Source: Ilumatobacteraceae bacterium (GTDB lineage: Bacteria > Actinomycetota > Acidimicrobiia > Acidimicrobiales > Ilumatobacteraceae). Taken from it: 64,000 nt of DNA. Made by a program: the position numbers and the translations under genes. Each line of letters starts with the position of its first letter. Within the stretch, counting starts at the first letter, position 1. The stretch covers positions 876,069 to 940,068 of the forward strand of contig CAXNLE010000001.1 of assembly GCA_964203235.1 (NCBI GenBank). The letters run 5' to 3'. Below are positions 18,132 through 27,534 of the stretch, piece after piece. The notes below the pieces were generated by a model. The model saw only the letters and a program-made list of their open reading frames with translations. It made no database searches and had not been told where the DNA came from.

Positions 18132-19334
18132 TCACGCACGGTCAGTCTGCTGGCGGCTCGAAAGCGCCTCAAGAGTTGCGCTGAGGTCAGATGCAGATTT
18201 ATCACTCTCAAGAGCTTGCCAAACGAAATCGGATTGTGACTGCGGCGCCAAACCCTTAAGCGGTGGGTCACGATCAAGATTTGTCGGAAATGCATATCCC
18301 TCGGCGCACGCTGCAATGCTATTTTGCAATGACTGCCGCGACCATCCGTCGGCTTTTCGTTTCTGTAAAGCCGGATAGATCGCATTTGACATCTGCTGTC
18401 GATCTACAGTTTCAAGAGTACGACCAAATGCAGAACCGATTTGCATCAAATTCGCCATCCGCTTTATATCTTTAGTTTGATTTGTTCCGGCGGCATGAAA
18501 CACAGCGGGGTTAAAAAATGCTCCATCACCCTTTTGCAGAGGCAACTGCGCATAATTTTCTGCGAAATACTCCCTTATCACCGGATTACGCCAGGCAACA
18601 TATCCAGAAACCATTTTTTGCGAATGCGGCAGATACATAGTTGGCCCTGTCTCACGGGGCATATTCGTGTGAGCAACAGCTCCTTGCAAAGTCAACACAG
18701 GCGACAACAAATGCACGTGCGTCGGGTAATCAAAAGCCTGTTCGTCAGTTAAAAACCCCAAGTGATAATCACGGTGCGGCTGCTGAGCATCTCCACCAGG
18801 ATTGACTACATTCACCTGGGTCGTAATTTGATACGCAGGTCCGAGCCATGCCGTAGCAATCAGAGAAATAAAGTCGTTGGCGTAGTAATCGACGAACGCC
18901 TCTGGATCACGCAACGCTAATTTTTCTTGCACATTCCATACACGATCGTTTGACCCTGGTTTGGCGTAATGATCGCCCTTCGCTTCACCTCGCGCATGCT
19001 GTTCTTCGATGATCTGCCAATACACATTCGAAACACGATCAACAATTGCAGTATCTGGGTACATGCCCTTGAAAGCGACAAGGCCAGGACCAGAAAGTAA
19101 TGCGCGACCTAGTTCGGCCATCACCGCTCGTCGTCCGTCTTGACTTGCAATCTGTGGCACCAATTTTTCACAGTCGTAGACGAGAGTATTTTGCTCAACC
19201 GACGAAGCAAATTTGTAATCACTCAAAAGTGTTTTTGACTCAGCAAGAACCTTCAGTTCAGTGAGCTGATCACCCTTATTACTCACCCATCCACATTCAT
19301 CAAACATATATCTCAGATTAGTCGCGTTGCTCAA
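18132..19334 (-). CDS. phytanoyl-CoA dioxygenase (PhyH) family Fe(II)/2-oxoglutarate oxygenase
   Basis: 400 aa with an HxD facial-triad context (QQPHRDYHLGF) and a distal His (FNPAVFHAAGTN). Confidence 0.65.
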   Translation of the reverse strand: MSNATNLRYMFDECGWVSNKGDQLTELKVLAESKTLLSDYKFASSVEQNTLVYDCEKLVPQIASQDGRRAVMAELGRALLSGPGLVAFKGMYPDTAIVDRVSNVYWQIIEEQHARGEAKGDHYAKPGSNDRVWNVQEKLALRDPEAFVDYYANDFISLIATAWLGPAYQITTQVNVVNPGGDAQQPHRDYHLGFLTDEQAFDYPTHVHLLSPVLTLQGAVAHTNMPRETGPTMYLPHSQKMVSGYVAWRNPVIREYFAENYAQLPLQKGDGAFFNPAVFHAAGTNQTKDIKRMANLMQIGSAFGRTLETVDRQQMSNAIYPALQKRKADGWSRQSLQNSIAACAEGYAFPTNLDRDPPLKGLAPQSQSDFVWQALESDKSASDLSATLEALSSRQQTDRA

Positions 19335-20091
19335 GCCTCAGCGATTGCCACGAACCGTCTGCTGTCCAACCTCCATCGACTGGCAACGCAACTCCATTGA
19401 CAAACCCTGATTTAGAACTATCGCAAAGCCAGACAATCGCCTGTGCAATATCGTCTGGGCGAGCAAATCTTGCCATCGGCACATGATCAGTGATATCGAG
19501 ATCTGTGTACGAACCACCAGCCTGATCCTTATGATCCATTTCAGTCTTTACCCAACCAGGACACACGGCATTGACGCGTACTCCGCGAGCTCCCCACTCA
19601 ACAGCGAGAGTGCGAGTCAAGCCGATTAGCCCGTGTTTACTTGCGTTATAAGCGGATCGATCGGCGATACCTTGCAGACCCGCAACAGATGAGATATTTA
19701 CAATACTGCCCGAACCCGCACTAAGCATGAGGTCACCAAACGCCTTACACAACAAAAATGGCGCCACCAAATTTACGTCTAAAACTTTTCGATAAGTCGC
19801 GACTGATGTTTCTAAAGCCGACTCAATATTCGAAATACCTGCATTATTAACTAGCGCGTCGATTCGCCCAAACTTATTGAAACTCTCGGCCGCAGTCATT
19901 GAGACAAAGTTTTCATCAGTGACATCACCCGTGAACGCAATTGCATTCTTGTAGTCGGTCAACTCAATTTGTTGTAGATCAATTAATACCAACGACCAAC
20001 CAAGTGCATCAAAAGCTTCAGCCGTCGTTCTGCCGATACCTTGCGAAGCACCAGTGATAACCCCCACCTGAGCCAACACTGGATAACTCAA
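19318..20091 (-). CDS. short-chain dehydrogenase/reductase (SDR, FabG-like)
   Basis: 257 aa with TGASQGIG, NNAG and YNASKHG motifs. It overlaps the start of the PhyH gene by 17 nt. Confidence 0.85.
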   Translation of the reverse strand: MSYPVLAQVGVITGASQGIGRTTAEAFDALGWSLVLIDLQQIELTDYKNAIAFTGDVTDENFVSMTAAESFNKFGRIDALVNNAGISNIESALETSVATYRKVLDVNLVAPFLLCKAFGDLMLSAGSGSIVNISSVAGLQGIADRSAYNASKHGLIGLTRTLAVEWGARGVRVNAVCPGWVKTEMDHKDQAGGSYTDLDITDHVPMARFARPDDIAQAIVWLCDSSKSGFVNGVALPVDGGWTADGSWQSLRLEQRD

Positions 20092-20106
20092 GATTCGAAT
20101 TTGAAA

Positions 20107-21147
20107 CTATGAGGCAGCAATTAGGCGAGTACTCGAGCGCGCAATCGCCGCATGAGTCAAAACAGCGGCAACACCTGATGCAGATTTGATCGTGCCATCA
20201 TTCAAAACAAGGGCATTCGCAGCCACCCCTAAACCGGTGCTGTCAATATCGCCAGAAAGAACTGTGTAACTAAAAATGAGACTTGTTCCACCTGTGCCTT
20301 CAAGGTAAGTAAGTTTATTGATTCCATCTGAAAGAACAGATAAATACGGCGAGCCTGTGATCACAACTGCAACGTCAAAAATGATTCTCACTTGAACATT
20401 CTGACCAATTACCCATTTGCCACCAGGTTCTTTGAAAGCTATTGACGTGATCTTCGGCGCCGCACTTGATGCGACAGTGGTGGTGGTAGTAGAAGTAGTC
20501 GTAGTTGTAGCAACAGTTGTAGCGGTGGTAGCAACCGTGGTGACAGTCGTAGCAACGGTGGTCACAGTTGTAGTAACTGCTGGCGCGGTCGGACCTAATT
20601 TTCGGGTAGGTGATTTCGCAATTCCAGGGTGCGTCAGTGTTGCTGCAGTTCCATTAAGCGATTTGATCGATCCGTCATTCAAAATAAGCGAATTGGCTTT
20701 GAGACCAAAACCAACATTGTCGATATCGCCAGCAACTGTCATATACGAAAACAGCAAACTTTGCGAACCTGAGCCACCTACGTAAGACATTTTGCCAATT
20801 GTGTCAGAATCCAAATAAATCTGAGGCACGCCAGTTACCAAAACTCCAGTATCAAACGTGATCACGACATGGATAATCTGACCAACTAAATAATAAGTCA
20901 GTGTCGAACTCGGTGCAATTGCTACCGACGTAATCACAGGTGCAGTAAATGCCGAGTTATCTAGTGCGACCCAAACTTTAGTGGTGCCAACTTTGGCACA
21001 AATCAATCTTGCAGAACCAACAACTACGATTTTGCCGGTTGACCTACACTTGGAACCTGCGCTTGCTGCTGCCAAAGCCTGAGTTTGCATGCCTCCCAGT
21101 AGACACAACGCGATGAATAAACCAAAAAGTTTTTTGACCATTACCAA
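20107..21147 (-). CDS. secreted protein: signal peptide, two-Cys module, two ~120-aa Ig-like modules separated by a poly-Thr/Val/Ala linker
   Basis: 346 aa with signal peptide (..GGMQTQALAAAS) and the module KCRSTGKIVVVGSARLICAKVGTTKVW. The linker VTTTVTTVATTVTTVATTATTVATTTTTSTTTTTV spans nt 20470..20577. The module ..LFSY.TV.GDID..G.G..AN.L.LNDG.IKS..G.AA.LTH occurs twice. Confidence 0.7.
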   Translation of the reverse strand: MVMVKKLFGLFIALCLLGGMQTQALAAASAGSKCRSTGKIVVVGSARLICAKVGTTKVWVALDNSAFTAPVITSVAIAPSSTLTYYLVGQIIHVVITFDTGVLVTGVPQIYLDSDTIGKMSYVGGSGSQSLLFSYMTVAGDIDNVGFGLKANSLILNDGSIKSLNGTAATLTHPGIAKSPTRKLGPTAPAVTTTVTTVATTVTTVATTATTVATTTTTSTTTTTVASSAAPKITSIAFKEPGGKWVIGQNVQVRIIFDVAVVITGSPYLSVLSDGINKLTYLEGTGGTSLIFSYTVLSGDIDSTGLGVAANALVLNDGTIKSASGVAAVLTHAAIARSSTRLIAAS

Positions 21148-21182
21148 ATCTTAGTCAAAAGAGCCACGTCGGTGGCCCAAAT

Positions 21183-21881
21183 CTAAGATCGTTTAACTGT
21201 CGTTGATTGGGGTGATCCCAAGAGCGTTGTTTGAGCATTACCGGCAGTATCGGTTATCGAAAAATTACCCGAAGCCGTTAATGTCGCGATGTGATCGTCT
21301 TTGTCTCGTTCAGCGGTTGACCAAGCGGTGATTGTGCAAACCGTGGTCGACGTCTGAACTATCGAACCAATAATCGATATCTTGTCCCATGTGAAATCTT
21401 CGTCGTAATTCTTCGAAAGCGTTGAACATGTAATCGGCTCATCACCAGTAACTGTGAACGTCAAGGTGCTACTGGACGAACTTCCGACACCACGCAGAAG
21501 CGTGACAATTGGCGCACGTTTATCGGCAGCCACTGTTGTAGTTGTGGTGGTGGTTGTAGTTGTACTGGTGGTTGTAGTTGTACTGGTGGTTGGAGTAGTA
21601 GTAGTAGTAGCAACTGCCGTTGTTGTCGTAGCGACCGGAAACATCGTAGTGGTTGTTGTTGCTACAACAGTTGCTGTATTCGTAATCGCCACCGAAACAA
21701 TTGTCCAGATGTACCTCTTGCCCGATTTGGCGCAGACAAACTTCGTGTTAGCAACAACGACAACTTTGCCTGCTTTTTCACACTTTGCCCCAGATCGGGC
21801 CTGTGCGGATACCGTCAGAGGATGCGTACCAAATACGCCCAATACACCGAGCAATAAGCATGATGCGACGAATTTCCTCAT
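21183..21881 (-). CDS. secreted protein: signal peptide, two-Cys module, long poly-Thr linker, distinct C-terminal beta-rich domain
   Basis: 232 aa with the module KCEKAGKVVVVANTKFVCAKSGKRYIW. Thr-rich region covers aa 67-117 (nt 21531..21683), including (ACT)n codon runs. Confidence 0.7.
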   Translation of the reverse strand: MRKFVASCLLLGVLGVFGTHPLTVSAQARSGAKCEKAGKVVVVANTKFVCAKSGKRYIWTIVSVAITNTATVVATTTTTMFPVATTTTAVATTTTTPTTSTTTTTSTTTTTTTTTTVAADKRAPIVTLLRGVGSSSSSTLTFTVTGDEPITCSTLSKNYDEDFTWDKISIIGSIVQTSTTVCTITAWSTAERDKDDHIATLTASGNFSITDTAGNAQTTLLGSPQSTTVKRS

Positions 21882-21927
21882 TATTTCAATTTACCAGTTA
21901 GCCCGAAGTATGGCTCAATGAATCTCA

Positions 21928-22620
21928 CTACGGTGCAACTAGACGGGTTCCCGATCGTGAAATCCTTGCATGGGTTAGGTCAGCACTGACCCCTGTGAGC
22001 GATTTAATTGTCCCTCCATTTAATACGATCGAATTTGCAATCAATCCGACACCAGACTCAACATCTCCCACCGCAACGGTATAAGAAAACATCAAGTTTG
22101 TTGTGCCATTGCCGTCTAAAAATGGAGTTTTGCCGATTGTGGTGGCTTCAAGCATCACATACGGGGATCCAGAGACAATAACCGGAATAGAAAAAGTAAA
22201 CGCAACTCGCACGAATTGACCGATGTTGTACGTGCCATCTGAATCGGGTTGACGAAAAGCCACTGACACAATCTTTGGAATCGCAGTCGAAACCGTCGTC
22301 GTTGTAGTAGTCGTTGTTGTAGTCGTCGTTGTGGTTGCGGCAACAGTTGTCGTAGTCGTTGCAGCAACTGTCGTAGCTGTTATCGGAATCGTAATAGATG
22401 AAGTAGCGACTATGACCGGTGACGCAACTGCAGATTTTGAAATCAAAATCCACTTCAACTTTCGATTCACCTTGCCACAAACAAGTTTGATGTCAGAGAT
22501 GTTAAGAACTTTTCCCGCTTTGGAGCAACGTGCATTTTCTCTACCAATCGCCCCAACTTCTGATGATGATCCGATAAATAGACAAGCAAGTGCCAGGCTA
22601 GAAATAACCCTCTTCCCCAT
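21928..22620 (-). CDS. secreted protein: signal peptide, two-Cys module, poly-Thr linker, one Ig-like module paralogous to those of 20107..21147
   Basis: 230 aa with the module RCSKAGKVLNISDIKLVCGKVNRKLKW. T-run nt 22285..22380. The C-terminal module is ..LMFSYTVAVGDVESGVGLIANSIVLNGGTIKSLTGVSADLTHA. Confidence 0.7.
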   Translation of the reverse strand: MGKRVISSLALACLFIGSSSEVGAIGRENARCSKAGKVLNISDIKLVCGKVNRKLKWILISKSAVASPVIVATSSITIPITATTVAATTTTTVAATTTTTTTTTTTTTTVSTAIPKIVSVAFRQPDSDGTYNIGQFVRVAFTFSIPVIVSGSPYVMLEATTIGKTPFLDGNGTTNLMFSYTVAVGDVESGVGLIANSIVLNGGTIKSLTGVSADLTHARISRSGTRLVAP

Positions 22621-22725
22621 GAATGCACCTTATCTATCAGGATTCGCGAATCACCATGCTCCAGATTTAGCCTTGCCGGGGTTGAACCTGAGGTTATCTC
22701 AGAAGCGGTACTAGCAAAAACGATG

Positions 22726-23346
22726 TCAGTTAACACCCTTATTTAACGATCGGCAGTTCACGATTTCAGAACCAGCGGTGACCGTTGTGAACATACACAA
22801 AAATTTGACTATTTTATTTGTGGCAACATCACCTGTTGAATCCAAGATAGCCGCCACATTGCCCGCCAAAGTTGCCGTTTTTGCTCCACGATTCCAAATG
22901 ACGAATTCGAAAGATGATCCCAAAACTTCACCGCTATAAGCCAATGCAATATTGGCTCCAGTATCCATCGTCAAAGTTCTTGCCGTACCCATCGTGATAA
23001 TACTAAAGAGAGTGTTATTGACCAACTGTGCCGCTGTCAGAGTTACAGATGCATCCGCCAATGAAGCAACCGCATAATTGCCAACTGAACCAGTCGCACC
23101 ACTATTTCCTGTTAGGCCGTCAGTGCCCAAACTTTCTTGTCTCAAGACAACCAAATATTCAGTTTTTTTGCAGACTGTCGCAACCCTCATAACACCTGTT
23201 CGCTTATTGGCACAAGTAGAAATATCTGCAGCACTGACCGCAACAGCGTCAAAGAAAAAAGAAGAAGAAACAGTCAGAGCCACGATCAGAAGGGTTCGGT
23301 TTCTAAAAGAAATTTTCATAGTGACAAATTCACTCTCTTTATGCAA
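22726..23346 (-). CDS. secreted protein with short collagen-like GXY run and ~125-aa C-terminal domain (paralogue of 23376..23957)
   Basis: 206 aa; the real start may be MKISFRN at 23319. It has a signal peptide ending AVSA-ADIS and CANKRTGVMRVATVCKK. GTDGLTGNSGATGSVG is five GXY triplets (nt 23080..23127). Confidence 0.65.
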   Translation of the reverse strand: MHKESEFVTMKISFRNRTLLIVALTVSSSFFFDAVAVSAADISTCANKRTGVMRVATVCKKTEYLVVLRQESLGTDGLTGNSGATGSVGNYAVASLADASVTLTAAQLVNNTLFSIITMGTARTLTMDTGANIALAYSGEVLGSSFEFVIWNRGAKTATLAGNVAAILDSTGDVATNKIVKFLCMFTTVTAGSEIVNCRSLNKGVN

Positions 23347-23375
23347 AAAATTATAAGGTAAGTATTACGAATTGA

Positions 23376-23957
23376 TCAGACATTAAATGATTGACAGGCA
23401 ACAACTTCGGCGCCAGAAGTGATTGTTGTGAACATGCATAAAAACTTGACTATTTTCCCCGCGGCAACTTCACCCGTGCCAGTCAACGTGGTGGTTGCAC
23501 TGGCGGTCAAAGTGGCAGTCGCAGCTCCTCTGTTCCAAATAGCGAATTCAAAAGATGACCCTAAGACTTCACCGCTATAGGCCGAGGCAATATTTGGGCC
23601 TGTATCCATTGTTAAGGCTCTTGCCGTACCCATCGTGATGATATTAAAAAGTGTGTTGTTAACTAATTGTGCTGCAGTCAATGTTGCGGCATTGTCTGTC
23701 AAAGCAACAATCGCATACCTACCCACTGTGCCCGTCACGCCTGTCGCGCCCTTAGCGCCTACACCGTCTTGGTTCCATACGAGTGAATATTCATTCGCCT
23801 TACAAACTTTAGAAACCCTCAAAATACCAGTTCGTCTATTAGCACACCCAGAAATATCAGCAGCCGACGCGCTCGTTGCGTATGACAAAGTCAACCCGAG
23901 AACTAAAGCCGCACTTAACCACACCACAGATTTCGAATCTGACCTATTTGAAAACAT
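23376..23957 (-). CDS. secreted protein with short collagen-like GXY run and ~125-aa C-terminal domain (paralogue of 22726..23346)
   Basis: 193 aa with a signal peptide ending SASA-ADIS and CANRRTGILRVSKVCKA. GAKGATGVTGTVG is four GXY triplets (nt 23721..23759). The C-terminal domain is highly similar to its neighbour (AAQLVNNTLF.IITMGTAR.LTMDTG.NIA.AYSGEVLGSSFEF.IWNRGA). Confidence 0.65.
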   Translation of the reverse strand: MFSNRSDSKSVVWLSAALVLGLTLSYATSASAADISGCANRRTGILRVSKVCKANEYSLVWNQDGVGAKGATGVTGTVGRYAIVALTDNAATLTAAQLVNNTLFNIITMGTARALTMDTGPNIASAYSGEVLGSSFEFAIWNRGAATATLTASATTTLTGTGEVAAGKIVKFLCMFTTITSGAEVVACQSFNV

Positions 23958-24073
23958 TCAACCTCTATCGCACGTAAGACCACTAGAAACCAAACACGAT
24001 TAAAGAATAGAGCAGATCCTGTTGAATTTCGGGGATTTACTGCCAACGCTTGAAATGCCTTGCCGCCACGACG

Positions 24074-24766
24074 CTAAGAATAAATTGATCCGTCTGGCAT
24101 GATTGCCCCCTGCAAAAAGGCACCGGTGAGGTTGGCCCGTTTAAGTAGTGCACCACTGAGATTTGCGTTCTGTAAATTTGCATAACTTAAATTCGATCTC
24201 GTCAGATCGGCATCACGAAGGTTTGCACCAGATAGGTCAACACTGGACAAATTCGTATCAAGCAGGTCTGCTCCTGCGAGATTTGCGGTATTTAACCGAG
24301 CAAAAGATAAATCACTATCTGAAAGATTTGCATAACTAAGGTCTGCTCCTGAAAGGTCTGCGTCTGACAAATTGGCATTCAGTATATTCGCACCAGGAAA
24401 TGACGCGCCGCGCGCATCAACTCTAAACAGATCACAATCAATCAAGATCGTTTCGCGAAAATCAGAGTCTTTCAACACTGCATTACTGAGATCAGCACCA
24501 GTCAAGTTTGACCGCATCAAATCGGCACGACTCAAATTCGCTCTCACAATTTTGGCATTATTCAGCCGAGCGTTAGAGATGTCGGCATCTCGCAAATTAG
24601 CATTTGAAAAATCAGCCTCACGTAGATCAGATCCCTTAAGGTTTGTGCCTGCCAAATTTGCCGAATTAAAATTTGCGCCGCGTAATTTTTGATTTGAGAG
24701 ATTTAGATTTGTCATAAAACCACTTAACGCTAGAGTACTTTCGATGTCCGGTTTAGCCAAACTCAT
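24074..24766 (-). CDS. pentapeptide-repeat protein
   Basis: 230 aa, almost entirely A(D/N)LxG-type pentapeptide repeats (ANLSGADL, ANLRDADL ..). The start may be the internal MTNLNLS at 24715. Confidence 0.85.
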   Translation of the reverse strand: MSLAKPDIESTLALSGFMTNLNLSNQKLRGANFNSANLAGTNLKGSDLREADFSNANLRDADISNARLNNAKIVRANLSRADLMRSNLTGADLSNAVLKDSDFRETILIDCDLFRVDARGASFPGANILNANLSDADLSGADLSYANLSDSDLSFARLNTANLAGADLLDTNLSSVDLSGANLRDADLTRSNLSYANLQNANLSGALLKRANLTGAFLQGAIMPDGSIYS

Positions 24767-25439
24767 GAGATTGGCATTCTCAGGATTAGTTCTAGGCTCT
24801 GCAGGCAGTTCAAGGCCAAATTACTGCGTTGATTCACAAAAGAGAAGAATCGAACACACCGTTTATTCTGTTAATGAAGTCAAAGTTTTAAGCAAAATTC
24901 GCACTAAAGACAAAGTTGTATTTATCACCATTGACGACGGGGTCACAGTATCCGATGAATTGGCAAAGTTCATCGACGAGAATCTAATACCGATAACTAC
25001 CTTTGCACTGGCTGGTGAACTTTGGCAAAATCGCGATTGGTTTACGCAACGCGCAAACATGACATTCGAAAATCACACCAATACACACGCCAACATGACA
25101 TTGATCAAACAAGAACAACAAATTTTTGAAATTTGTCGGGCGTCGCAAGTGATAAAGAATGTCACTGGAGAGCGACCAGTCTTCTTTCGCCCGCCAGGAG
25201 GTAGTTGGAATGAAGAAGTTCGCGATTCTGTGGGTCGTAGTGGCATCAAGTATTTACTGATGTGGAATGTCCAGATCTACAGAGGGTCAATTTCAATGTC
25301 GGGTAGAAAATCACTCACCCAAGGCGACATTGTTTTATTGCATTACACGCCAAGTCTTGAAAGCGATCTGAAGATTTTGCTGGAAAAAATGAAACAGGCT
25401 GGCTTAAGACCGGCACTGCTTCGAGATTATCTAAAATGA
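24744..25439 (+). CDS. polysaccharide deacetylase (NodB homology / CE4)
   Basis: 231 aa with NodB motifs VVFITIDDG, HTNTHANM and FFRPPGG. The start is uncertain (M at 24765 is possible). Confidence 0.8.
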   Translation: MSGLAKLMRLAFSGLVLGSAGSSRPNYCVDSQKRRIEHTVYSVNEVKVLSKIRTKDKVVFITIDDGVTVSDELAKFIDENLIPITTFALAGELWQNRDWFTQRANMTFENHTNTHANMTLIKQEQQIFEICRASQVIKNVTGERPVFFRPPGGSWNEEVRDSVGRSGIKYLLMWNVQIYRGSISMSGRKSLTQGDIVLLHYTPSLESDLKILLEKMKQAGLRPALLRDYLK

Positions 25440-25473
25440 ATAAAAATCTAGACCTGCCAAAAAGACTCTTAAG

Positions 25474-27534
25474 CTAAGGCACAACTTTTGTTGGAATCTT
25501 AAAGAACAAAAATGGGCTGTCTCCATCTGGCTCATACGGAACAAACCCAGGACAAGGTACATCTGGTACGTCCCAGTCACCCTTTGGCACCAATGCAAAA
25601 TCAGCCTGCGAATTCAATGCTGGCCTGCAACCGACTTCTCTAATCTCGTCACTAATTAAGAGATCTTTAATCAAAATAAGCCCTAGACCATTTTTGACTT
25701 CACTCAGCATCGAAATCGTAGGACCATTGTCACCCATGAACACATACTTTGTTCCAGAGTCTCGATCGCGGAGATCAATAAGAGTTAGGAATATATTCGT
25801 TTTCTTTATTTGTTGAGAACTCCAATTATCCCCCGCACCGCCCATTCGAAGCCATTCAAAGCTTGGATTGGGTGCCTGTGTTAATGAAATTATTGGAATC
25901 AAGAGCACACAAAACAGTGGCGCAAAAACCAACTTAAGTGGTTTATTCTCCAAAGGGTTGGAGTCTTCAAGAGACAAAGTCGAAATCTTTGATCTCGTCA
26001 GCCCGGCAAGCCCAACAATACAAAAACTAAGAGGGATTAACGATGAAACTAGTGCCGGCACGAGCGACCGTCCCGAAAAATAAATTAGGGTCGAAGAACC
26101 CCAAAGGCCTCCGAAAGCCAAAAGTATTGCAGATCGTATATCAGTATTATCTAGTTTTGTTGATCTAAAAACACCGAACAGACAATTTGATCCGAGAATC
26201 GCACTGGCTCCAAGAATTGCATAAAAAAAAGTCCACAGCCCGAAGAATGGCATCGCTAGATTAAGGACCCCGTCAACACCGTGAGCTCTAGCCATTAACG
26301 ACCAATTTGAAAGATTGATGCTGGATTCGTTCGCTTTGTACGACGCAACGATGAAAGCTAGCGCGGCTAAAGAACCGAGAAATACATTTAGTAAATCATT
26401 GCGACCGACAAGTGAAAGTCTTGTGATAAAAAACAAAACAATAATTACCGCTATTGAAGCAGGTACCCCGAATTCAATATTATTGAAAGGGGTAAAAACA
26501 AGAGACAATCCCGCTATAAAACAAAAAATTGATTTGGTGCGACTCTGACTTCGGGTAGCAACTTCAGAGATCAAAACAAGTAACACAATTGGTAGAACAG
26601 TTCGAGCTGGGATGATGCTCATGTACTGTGCAATTGATCCCCATGCACGCCGGTATGTTGCCTCCTCAACTGAGTGAATATTGGGTTGCACCTTTATATA
26701 GATAACTGCAACTGGGATCAGAAGCGCTACGCCCCAATGTTTGAGGTTTAGTGACTTCTTGGTGAGATACCCGATACCAAATATTTGTATAACAACCAGA
26801 AGATTGACCCAAATAAGTGCAGAATTAACCACTGCATCAACTGGCAAAAAGGCAATGGCTTTCAGTGGCCAACTCAAGAATCCGACATAGATCGGGACAA
26901 TCTCCGAATATGGCATTGCACCACTCGCGACTATCAGGAATTCACTCAAAACATAGCGGGAGTGCCAAATGTCGATTATCCCATTAGATGGTTGGATCGC
27001 TGACGGTAAGTAGTAGCAGAACAAAACTATGTATGCCCCAATATTCAACAGGCTTGTCACATGTGATTTATCAAACTCACCAAATTTTTTCAACTGGGTT
27101 GAAACCAAATATGTCAGCAGCAATGAAACCGCGAGCATTATTAGCGCGAATTTATCGCCCCACCCAAACCACAACACTTTTGAATATTCAGCAAATAGCG
27201 GATCGCCCCAACGCCAAGAAATTGTCAGCACTATCAATGCAACCGCGGTGATTGACCAAAATTTAATTGCGGTTTCAGAAATTATTTCTGAAATAATTTT
27301 CGGAATTACAAAAAACCCGATCAAGCAAAGTATCAATAAAACAACAACTGTCAAACGATCAGCGATTTCTGCTTGGGAGAGATTGGCAAAGGTCTCAAGT
27401 TGCTGTATCCGATATGTAATTGGTGAGCCGAAACGCATGAACATCGTCAGCACAACTACCAAACACACGACTAAAGCATTAAATGAAAATGCCAACTGTT
27501 CGACAGCACTAAGCCTTCTGCCTTCGCTTTTCAT
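25474..27534 (-). CDS. 686-aa polytopic membrane protein, unknown function (duplication copy 1)
   Basis: The track ORF extends to 27585. I prefer MKSEGRRLS at 27534, which makes it collinear and equal in length (2061 nt) with copy 2. It has more than 12 predicted TM segments plus a C-terminal ~130-aa soluble domain. Confidence 0.7.
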   Translation of the reverse strand: MKSEGRRLSAVEQLAFSFNALVVCLVVVLTMFMRFGSPITYRIQQLETFANLSQAEIADRLTVVVLLILCLIGFFVIPKIISEIISETAIKFWSITAVALIVLTISWRWGDPLFAEYSKVLWFGWGDKFALIMLAVSLLLTYLVSTQLKKFGEFDKSHVTSLLNIGAYIVLFCYYLPSAIQPSNGIIDIWHSRYVLSEFLIVASGAMPYSEIVPIYVGFLSWPLKAIAFLPVDAVVNSALIWVNLLVVIQIFGIGYLTKKSLNLKHWGVALLIPVAVIYIKVQPNIHSVEEATYRRAWGSIAQYMSIIPARTVLPIVLLVLISEVATRSQSRTKSIFCFIAGLSLVFTPFNNIEFGVPASIAVIIVLFFITRLSLVGRNDLLNVFLGSLAALAFIVASYKANESSINLSNWSLMARAHGVDGVLNLAMPFFGLWTFFYAILGASAILGSNCLFGVFRSTKLDNTDIRSAILLAFGGLWGSSTLIYFSGRSLVPALVSSLIPLSFCIVGLAGLTRSKISTLSLEDSNPLENKPLKLVFAPLFCVLLIPIISLTQAPNPSFEWLRMGGAGDNWSSQQIKKTNIFLTLIDLRDRDSGTKYVFMGDNGPTISMLSEVKNGLGLILIKDLLISDEIREVGCRPALNSQADFALVPKGDWDVPDVPCPGFVPYEPDGDSPFLFFKIPTKVVP

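Noticed and set aside
20417-22714. Track ORFs 20417..20785, 21454..21921 and 22331..22714 encode poly-Val/Ala-rich 'proteins' on the plus strand.
   Set aside because: They are antisense shadows of the poly-Thr (ACN) linker regions of the minus-strand secreted-protein genes. They have no signal or start context, and the minus-strand frames have signal peptides and conserved modules. The same logic applies to most other short antisense ORFs in the track (for example 2392..2883, 6291..6629, 49484..49930).
24074-24766. The pentapeptide-repeat protein as a Qnr/MfpA-type DNA-gyrase protector (quinolone resistance).
   Set aside because: Pentapeptide repeats alone are not diagnostic. There is no linkage to gyrase genes or to an mfpB-like GTPase, so function cannot be inferred from the sequence.
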